Source: Candidatus Doudnabacteria bacterium
GTDB taxonomy: Bacteria; Patescibacteriota; Doudnabacteria; UBA920; O2-02-FULL-48-8
Length of the DNA stretch: 64,000 bases
Direction of reading: 5' to 3'
Assembly (NCBI GenBank): GCA_039931165.1
Contig: JBDTSL010000002.1
Coordinates: 71,134-135,133 of the forward strand
Notes under the pieces: model-generated
The model's input: only the letters and a program-made list of their open reading frames with translations
The model's database searches: none
What the model was told of the DNA's origin: nothing
In this document: positions 9,062 to 15,871 of the stretch, in pieces
Numbering within the stretch: position 1 is the stretch's first letter
Layout: each line of letters opens with the position of its first letter
Position numbers and translations under genes: made by a program

Positions 9062-9181
9062 TTTACGAACAAAAGTAGGTGCACAGCGAAGCGAGCACGA
9101 TTTTTGTCCGAGAGGAGCAGTATGTCGACCGTAGCATATCCGCCATCAAGCGGATTGCGAAATGTCGACCAACTGCGACGA
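9062..9181 (+). repeat. Structured ~120-nt leader element, copy 1
   Basis: Block-wise identity to 37063-37193, with compensated stems. Confidence 0.85.
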
Positions 9182-9252
9182 GGTCCCATCGTCTAACGGT
9201 TAGGACGCCAGGTTTTTCCCGCGAAGCGGGACCACGCTTCGCGTGGCATCCT
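9182..9252 (+). pseudogene. Duplicated 5' half of tRNA-Glu interrupted in the anticodon by a 30-bp twin hairpin
   Basis: 9182-9216 is identical to 9511-9545; insert at 9217-9246; CATCCT resumes at 9247. Confidence 0.9.
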
Positions 9253-9268
9253 CCTTAATTTACAATGT

Positions 9269-9532
9269 ATGCATTATCTGTATATTCTCAAAAGCCAATC
9301 CAAAGATTGGTACTATGTAGGAATGACGGACAATCTAAAAAAACGACTAGCACAACATAATTTAGGAAAAACTAAATCAACCAAACCTTATAGGCCATTC
9401 AAGATAGTGTATACTGAAACCTATCAAAGCAAGACTGAATGTAGGAAGCGAGAGTTGTTTATAAAAAATAACCACGCTGCTAAACAAGCTATTGTAGAAA
9501 ACATGTATATGGTCCCATCGTCTAACGGTTAG
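9269..9532 (+). CDS. Small stand-alone GIY-YIG nuclease (UPF0213-like)
   Basis: YLYIL...YYVGMTDNLKKRLAQHN...RELFIK. The last codons and stop lie inside the tRNA. Confidence 0.9.
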   Translation: MHYLYILKSQSKDWYYVGMTDNLKKRLAQHNLGKTKSTKPYRPFKIVYTETYQSKTECRKRELFIKNNHAAKQAIVENMYMVPSSNG

Positions 9533-9585
9533 GACGCCAGGTTTTCATCCTGGTAATCCGGGTTCGATTCCCGGTGGGATCACCA
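9511..9585 (+). tRNA. tRNA-Glu(TTC)
   Basis: Acceptor GGTCCCA/TGGGATC; anticodon arm CCAGG-TTTTCAT-CCTGG; T arm GGTTCGATTCC; encoded CCA. Confidence 0.97.
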
Positions 9586-9691
9586 AAGAATTTTAAATGC
9601 AAACACAAACAACTACATCATCTTTGGGGCGCTGACCCCTGATTGCGGCTTGCATATCTTTCGTTTATAACAGGCCGGGCTTACGACAATC

Positions 9692-10609
9692 ATGAACATC
9701 TGGACTATTTTATTGACTGTGGCCGGACTTTGTTTGTTCGAGGTGGTTAACAGCATAGACAACGCGATCATCAATGCCGAAGTGCTGAGTACCATGAAAG
9801 AAAAAAGCCGGAAGTGGTTCCTGCTTTGGGGAATCCTGTTTGCCGTGTTTATCGTCCGCGGAATACTGCCGTGGCTGATAGTATTCGCGACCACTCCGTC
9901 TTTGGGCCTTCTTGGCTCTTTTGCAGCGACTTTCAGCAATGACCAGGCAGCCATAAGGGCCATAGAACAATCGACTCCGATCCTGTTTTTGGGCAGCGGC
10001 ACATTTTTGATCTTCCTTTTTTTTCACTGGCTGTTTCTGGAGCCAAAAACGGTCGGATTGCCGGGAGAATCTTTCTTCATAAGACAAGGCGCGTGGTTTT
10101 ACGCCCTGGTCTCGGTAATTCTGACCGGCATCGTCTGGCTGGCTCTGAAACAAAACCCCCTTGCCGCCTTCGGCGCTGTGGTCGGCTCCACCGCGTTTTT
10201 CATTACCCACGGATTTAAGGAAAACGCCGAGCAGGCGGAAAAAAAACTGATGAAAGGCGGAATGTCAGATACCGCCAAGATCATGTATTTGGAAGTCATC
10301 GACACGACATTTTCGATCGACGGGATCTTGGGCGCGTTCGCATTTACCCTCTCGGTTCCTTTGATCGTTCTGGGAAACGGGTTGGGCGCTTTTGTGGTGC
10401 GGCAAATGACCGTGGGCAACATAGAAAAGATCAAACAGTACCGTTATCTGAAGAATGGCGCGATGTATTCGATACTGGTCTTGGGCACGATAATGCTCCT
10501 GGACGGATTCGGGATTCACTCTGCCCCGTGGGTTTCTCCGGTCATAACTTTTGCGATCATCAGTTATTTCTTTTTTAAATCAAAACAATTGATAAAGCCG
10601 GCCCAATAG
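9692..10609 (+). CDS. DUF475 / TerC-like integral membrane protein
   Basis: EVVNSIDNAIINA, YLEVIDTTFSIDG, multiple TM segments. Confidence 0.85.
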   Translation: MNIWTILLTVAGLCLFEVVNSIDNAIINAEVLSTMKEKSRKWFLLWGILFAVFIVRGILPWLIVFATTPSLGLLGSFAATFSNDQAAIRAIEQSTPILFLGSGTFLIFLFFHWLFLEPKTVGLPGESFFIRQGAWFYALVSVILTGIVWLALKQNPLAAFGAVVGSTAFFITHGFKENAEQAEKKLMKGGMSDTAKIMYLEVIDTTFSIDGILGAFAFTLSVPLIVLGNGLGAFVVRQMTVGNIEKIKQYRYLKNGAMYSILVLGTIMLLDGFGIHSAPWVSPVITFAIISYFFFKSKQLIKPAQ

Positions 10610-10613
10610 GCAC

Positions 10614-10639
10614 TTAGTCATGAGCATGCTCATGACTAA
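10614..10639. repeat. Perfect 26-bp palindrome
   Basis: TTAGTCATGAGCATGCTCATGACTAA equals its reverse complement. Confidence 0.9.
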
Positions 10640-10678
10640 ACTAAGTAGTGTAGTCAGTTGATTTATCAACTCCGGCAG

Positions 10679-10709
10679 AAAAAACCGCCTCGTTTATCGA
10701 GGCGGTTTT
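10679..10709. terminator. Bidirectional intrinsic terminator
   Basis: AAAAAACCGCCTCG-TTTAT-CGAGGCGGTTTT. Confidence 0.85.
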
Positions 10710-10724
10710 AAGTACGCTATAAAT

Positions 10725-11924
10725 TTAGAGAGAACTCAACGCGTCCGGTTTGACCTTGATTATTTTATCATCGCCCGAACGAACTGTTCCCCGTCCGTCT
10801 CGGTTGGATGTCGTGATATACAAATATCCGTCAGGTCCCAAAACCACAGCGCGTAAACGGCCATACGTCCCTTTCAGGTGTCCCACGAAAGCTGCGATCT
10901 TGCCATCCGAGCCCAATTTCGCTTCATAAAGAGCGGAGCCTTTCAACCCGCCAAAGAACAGGCTGTGATTGACATAAACAATTCCTCCCGGCGCCCAAAT
11001 GCTCCTGCCGGAATGTTTTATCGGTCCCACGGTTCCGGCTGCTACATTATCGCCGACGCTGTTTGGCCATCCGTAATTTTTCCCTTTTTCTATCAGATTT
11101 AATTCATCCTGACAGCAGTTGGGCCAAGTTGCTGAAGGACCGTGTTCCGTCTCCCACATCCGGCCCCTGTCGTCCCAGACAATCCCTTGCGGGTTGCGGT
11201 GGCCGTATGACCAGACCGCGGTTCCGAACGGATTATTCGCCGGGATCGCGCCGTCGGCTGTTAAGCGCAAAATTTTGCCGTTCAAAGAATTCAAGTCCTG
11301 GGCTGAATTCGGATTTTGCGCGTCGCCTGTGGTGATATAGAGCATACCATCGGGCCCAAAAGCCATCCGTCCGCCGTCGTGATAAATGGATGAAGCAATA
11401 TTCCCGATAATGACCTTGTCTTCAGTAAGCTTGTCGCCATTTAGCTTGAACCGGACGATCTGGTTCGTTTTGCCCGTGGTAGTATAGAATAAATAGATCA
11501 AAGAATTTTGCTCAAACTGCGGATGCAGGACCATGCCCATTAGTCCCCCTTCACCCACGTGCGCTACCGAAGGAATTGTTATGGTCGCCGGATGCGCGCC
11601 AATGCGCCTGATCGCTCCAGTCCGCTGAGTGACCATCATATCTCCCCCTGGCAGGAACACAATGTCCCAAGGAACATTCAGTCCGGTTGCCACAACCTGA
11701 ACCGGCCGAGCAGGCACGGGTGGTTTAACAACCGGCGGGGCTGATTGCGGAGATGTAGCGGAAGCGGTGGTCGGTTGAACGGGATCAGGCTGTTGGCCGG
11801 CAGGGACCGGTTGCATGGCTGTCTGGTTACAGCTGGCCGCAGTCAGTAAAACTAAGCCGGCGAGTAAAATAATTTTTTTTCCGGCGAAGCCGGATCCCGC
11901 TGGGCGGGACATTTTTATATTCAT
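10725..11924 (-). CDS. PQQ-dependent sugar (glucose/sorbosone) dehydrogenase lipoprotein
   Basis: GEGGLMG, HDGGRMAFGPDG, YGHRNPQG, DELN...NYGWP, GRLRAV; lipobox AASC. Confidence 0.92.
   Translation of the reverse strand: MNIKMSRPAGSGFAGKKIILLAGLVLLTAASCNQTAMQPVPAGQQPDPVQPTTASATSPQSAPPVVKPPVPARPVQVVATGLNVPWDIVFLPGGDMMVTQRTGAIRRIGAHPATITIPSVAHVGEGGLMGMVLHPQFEQNSLIYLFYTTTGKTNQIVRFKLNGDKLTEDKVIIGNIASSIYHDGGRMAFGPDGMLYITTGDAQNPNSAQDLNSLNGKILRLTADGAIPANNPFGTAVWSYGHRNPQGIVWDDRGRMWETEHGPSATWPNCCQDELNLIEKGKNYGWPNSVGDNVAAGTVGPIKHSGRSIWAPGGIVYVNHSLFFGGLKGSALYEAKLGSDGKIAAFVGHLKGTYGRLRAVVLGPDGYLYITTSNRDGRGTVRSGDDKIIKVKPDALSSL
11880..11909. mobile_element. 30-bp twin-hairpin insertion (in-frame)
   Basis: TCCGGC-GAA-GCCGGA TCCCGC-TGG-GCGGGA. 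Confidence 0.8.
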
Positions 11925-11955
11925 GTAGTTTGATTATAGCAAGAATGGCTTTGAT

Positions 11956-13944
11956 TTAGAAACCATAGGCTCTGAAATCCGTTTCGTTGATATTGTGGAT
12001 CGAATCGGGATTCAATCCGAGAGTTGGAAGAGAATTGAATATCCCTACATTCCTTTTGCCACTGATAGAATATACGCTACCGTCTTGCGGGCGCATGATC
12101 AGGTCAGTAGCGGGAAAGTATGCCAATTCAGCTTGGTTAATAGTAACGATATCCGAGGCATGCCATCCGTAAGAATTAAAAACTTCCAGGCTGACGATGC
12201 CCCGCCTAGAACCGAGGTTATTCAAGACATATACCTCATCGTTGCCCGGCACGAGGACCAAAGAAGCCGAAGGAATCACATCCACAATGCTCTGCGGTAG
12301 GTCATAAACGGCGTCCAACGGAAAGGCCAGAGAACCTACCGTCGTTTTGGGGTCCACCGGAAGTTTTTTGTTGTTTTGGATGACATACACTATTTTATCT
12401 GCCATGCCGCGGATGAGCATTCCGTCAGGGTATTGATTTTGAGGACCGGCATAGGCCGAAGCCGAGGCCAGAACTTTCATATAACTATTCTGGACATCCA
12501 GTTGTACCAGGACAACACTGGAATTGTTGTCATACCGCCCCTCAATAAAATGCTGGCGTGGATCGACGTTGAACGACAGGCGGTAAACGCCGCTTGGCAT
12601 ATCAGTAATGTCAATAAATTGATCGGGCAGGGAATATAAATACACATCCGCCCACCCCACCGACACGCCTTGCCGACCTTTGTTGCATGTTGTAAAAAAT
12701 TTTTTTCTTGACGCGCCATTCAAGCTCAGATTCACTGCCAGGTCGTCGCGCATGCAGAACGTCGTTTTTTGCCTAACCTCGGGAGGGATGATTAACGGGG
12801 CCTGGTCCGTTACCGGCTTTACCGGCTCGAGGACATAATCGGCAAAGTCACTGAAATGAAAATGCAAGTGTGCCTGATGCCACAAAAAATTCCCCACTAC
12901 CTTGTCGCGGATATTGCCGCTAGGATCGATAATGTGCTGAAACGATTCCAAATATATGTCACCTTTAACTTTCGCAAGCGTGGGATCCGTGATCAGGTCC
13001 AGCCTGCCGTTTCCCTGGTTCCAAAAATTGGAAGTAAATCCCAGAATAGTCCGGCCGCTTCTGGTAGCCAAATAAACATCCTGCATCGGAAACGGAACCA
13101 GATCAGGCAAAGCATTCTCTTCCCCCGGAAACAACAATCTGGTGGTCAGCTCAGTGATCTGTTCTGCTTCCTGATAACGGTCCAGGACGGTGCTTGATAC
13201 CGATACCACATTTGTCCAACGGAAACCCTGTACCCGGAACGCCTCCGGTGAAAGTATCCAACGTTTCATCCCGTTCAGAATATAATATACTTTTGGATCA
13301 GAAATGGCCTGGACCAAAGTTCCGTCAGTTAAAATTGCCGAATCCGGCAGAACTTTTCTGTTGATAACCGAACCGGCAACATTTCCATTTGAAACAGCAG
13401 CCGTGTCTTTATAATTCAGCGGGTCCAGATCAGGCAAAGCCAAATCCGCGCCATTTGCAGGCACCACGCTGTTCGTTTGCCAATTCCAGGAATTAAAAAC
13501 CTTAATATCCGGAATTAACTGCTTTCCATTGTTAACAACTTTAAATATAGCAGGGCCGATTTTTATCAATGCCCCTGGCGGGTGGGGCAGATCTTCCGAA
13601 ATCACCGGCTGGCCAGCCGGATAATCAGATAGGTTCGCTTTTACTGTCTGTGAAAATTTGTACCCCAGACCGGTAAACACTTCCGGGCTTACAAATCCGC
13701 GCTTTATGCCGGAATCAATAATGTATATTGTCCCATGATTATCGGACGTATCAAGTACAAGAATCCCATCGGCCAACAGGGTATCTGCTATGGCGCTCGC
13801 GGCTAAGGGCGCAATTCCAATTGCCAGTACCAGCAAAAAAGAACCGAACATGATACTGATTCGGTTTTGCAAAAGTAATGCTATAATTGGCTTCTCAAGG
13901 CTTGAAGAAGGGTGGCTCATCGCTTTTTGTTTTGGGTTCTGCAA
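11956..13944 (-). CDS. Secreted/membrane-anchored protein with a lysyl-oxidase-like domain and surface repeats
   Basis: WHQAHLHFHF, QKTTFCMRD, GVSVGWADVY, FIE..YDNN; flanking repeats such as DGTLV...VYYI.NG.KR. Start uncertain (13944 or 13920). Confidence 0.8.
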   Translation of the reverse strand: MQNPKQKAMSHPSSSLEKPIIALLLQNRISIMFGSFLLVLAIGIAPLAASAIADTLLADGILVLDTSDNHGTIYIIDSGIKRGFVSPEVFTGLGYKFSQTVKANLSDYPAGQPVISEDLPHPPGALIKIGPAIFKVVNNGKQLIPDIKVFNSWNWQTNSVVPANGADLALPDLDPLNYKDTAAVSNGNVAGSVINRKVLPDSAILTDGTLVQAISDPKVYYILNGMKRWILSPEAFRVQGFRWTNVVSVSSTVLDRYQEAEQITELTTRLLFPGEENALPDLVPFPMQDVYLATRSGRTILGFTSNFWNQGNGRLDLITDPTLAKVKGDIYLESFQHIIDPSGNIRDKVVGNFLWHQAHLHFHFSDFADYVLEPVKPVTDQAPLIIPPEVRQKTTFCMRDDLAVNLSLNGASRKKFFTTCNKGRQGVSVGWADVYLYSLPDQFIDITDMPSGVYRLSFNVDPRQHFIEGRYDNNSSVVLVQLDVQNSYMKVLASASAYAGPQNQYPDGMLIRGMADKIVYVIQNNKKLPVDPKTTVGSLAFPLDAVYDLPQSIVDVIPSASLVLVPGNDEVYVLNNLGSRRGIVSLEVFNSYGWHASDIVTINQAELAYFPATDLIMRPQDGSVYSISGKRNVGIFNSLPTLGLNPDSIHNINETDFRAYGF

Positions 13945-14069
13945 GATTTCACTATGTTCTTATTATAGCATAAAATAAAGAGAATAGCAAATATAATGAG
14001 TTGACAAATCCTCTGAAATATGCTATTCTTTAAAGTTACTAGAGAAAGCATTACTTACAGGCTTAATAT

Positions 14070-14780
14070 ATGTTTAAAAAAGTTATCTTAATTATCGGCG
14101 TCATTCTGCTCACTCTGGGGCTTAATTTCTTATTTGCCAAAGAGCGTATTTCTGTTGCCCAAAACTCTGCGCAAAAGCCGGCCATAGCCGGGATATCAAC
14201 CACTACGTCAATACGAGGAGGGGTTGAGCCGCAAATAGCCGGGATCTCAACGACCGAAAACTCAGAGGCGACTGCCGCTCCGATTTTCACGGCTCCTATC
14301 AGCAATGCTTTGGCGAGGATAACAGCAAAACCACTCGGTATTTACATAACGCCCGAAACTTCCCCTGTTCCGGATGATATCTTTACCGGTTTCCACGCGG
14401 GCGTGGATTTTGAAATCACAGCGGCCGAACAAAATATAGACGTGCCTATCATGGCGATCTGCACCGGCAAATTAAGAACCAAGGAATGGGCGAAAGGATA
14501 CGGCGGTGTCGCGGTGCAGGATTGTATTTTGGACAACCAGCCTGTGACTATAATTTACGGCCACATGAAACTTGATAGCATCATTGCCATTGAAGGAGCA
14601 GAACTTAAGCAAGGTGATACACTGGGAATATTGGGCCAAGGATTTACTTCTGAAACCGACGGCAGACGAAAACATCTTCATTTAGGGATCCATAAAGGCA
14701 ACGGTCCCAGCATCTTGGGTTATGTCCCGGCCAAGCAAGATCTGGCAGAATATATTGATATCACAAATTATTTGAAATAA
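14070..14780 (+). CDS. M23 family metallopeptidase
   Basis: HAGVD, YGHM, HLHLG; N-terminal TM; duplicated IAGISTT. Confidence 0.9.
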   Translation: MFKKVILIIGVILLTLGLNFLFAKERISVAQNSAQKPAIAGISTTTSIRGGVEPQIAGISTTENSEATAAPIFTAPISNALARITAKPLGIYITPETSPVPDDIFTGFHAGVDFEITAAEQNIDVPIMAICTGKLRTKEWAKGYGGVAVQDCILDNQPVTIIYGHMKLDSIIAIEGAELKQGDTLGILGQGFTSETDGRRKHLHLGIHKGNGPSILGYVPAKQDLAEYIDITNYLK

Positions 14781-14848
14781 AAAAACGTCTTCGCGACCGC
14801 CAAGTGTTATACTTTCAAAGCGGTCGCTCGCAAAGACAAAATATACTT

Positions 14849-15865
14849 ATGACAATCCTTGCAATAGAAACCAGCTGCGACGAAACTGCGGCTGCGGTGA
14901 TCACCGACGGAAAAATCAGATCCAGCATTATCGCTTCACAAGCGCTCAAGCTTCATGCCAAATACGGCGGTGTAGTGCCGGAAGTGGCGGCCAGAAGCCA
15001 CGTCACTGCGATCATACCTGTGATAGACCTGGCCTTGAAACAATCAAAAACAAAATTGACCGACATTGATTATATTGCGGTTACCCAAGGCCCGGGATTG
15101 GCCACGTCTTTAATGGTGGGTGTGGACACGGCCAAAGGGCTGGGAGCGGCGCTGAATATTCCCGTGATTCCGATCAACCATCTGGAGGGTCATATATATG
15201 CCAATTTTGTCGGCGCTGAGCGCTCAGCTCTGAGCGCTCAAACCTTCCCTGCACTTATTCTTACCGTTTCCGGAGGCCACACCCAGCTGGTTGAAATGAA
15301 AGGACATGGAAAGTACCGCATCCTGGGCGAAACAGTGGATGATGCCGCCGGCGAAGCTTTTGATAAGATCGCCAGAATGCTGGGACTCGGGTATCCCGGG
15401 GGCCCGCAATTGAGCCTGCTTGCCAAAAAAGGAGATCCAAAAGCATTTAATTTTCCCCGCCCCATGATCAATTCGGGTAATTTTAATTTTAGTTTTTCCG
15501 GCCTTAAGACAGCCGTTCTCTACAAGCTTAAGGAACTATCACCTACAACCTACAACCTAAAACCTAACATCGCCGCATCTACACAACAGGCGATCGTGGA
15601 CGTTCTGATCTCCAAACTGGAAAAAGCAATTATCCGATATAAGCCGAAAACCATCATGCTCGGCGGCGGAGTGGCAGCGAACGAATTACTTAGAAAAAGA
15701 TTTAAATTATTATCTATCAACTATCATCTCTCGTCTATTATTCCTGAGCTCAAGTACTGCACGGACAATGCGGCCATGATCGGCTTGGCGGCTTTTTACA
15801 GGATCGAACACAAAAATTTTCAGGCAAAAAACTTCTCCGTAAACCCAAATCTTGTGCTAAAATAA
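14849..15865 (+). CDS. tsaD: tRNA t6A threonylcarbamoyltransferase
   Basis: ILAIETSCDET, YGGVVPEVA, NHLEGH, SGGHT, DDAAGEAFDK, CTDNAAMI. Start placed at the ATG at 14849. Confidence 0.97.
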   Translation: MTILAIETSCDETAAAVITDGKIRSSIIASQALKLHAKYGGVVPEVAARSHVTAIIPVIDLALKQSKTKLTDIDYIAVTQGPGLATSLMVGVDTAKGLGAALNIPVIPINHLEGHIYANFVGAERSALSAQTFPALILTVSGGHTQLVEMKGHGKYRILGETVDDAAGEAFDKIARMLGLGYPGGPQLSLLAKKGDPKAFNFPRPMINSGNFNFSFSGLKTAVLYKLKELSPTTYNLKPNIAASTQQAIVDVLISKLEKAIIRYKPKTIMLGGGVAANELLRKRFKLLSINYHLSSIIPELKYCTDNAAMIGLAAFYRIEHKNFQAKNFSVNPNLVLK

Positions 15866-15871
15866 TCAAGT

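Noticed and set aside
9182-9510. Group I intron in tRNA-Glu carrying a homing endonuclease
   Set aside because: The downstream tRNA is complete rather than a 3' exon, and there is no room for an intron core.
14804-14848. N-terminal extension of TsaD in the ORF track
   Set aside because: The GTG start lies inside a palindromic half-element; family similarity begins at the ATG at 14849.
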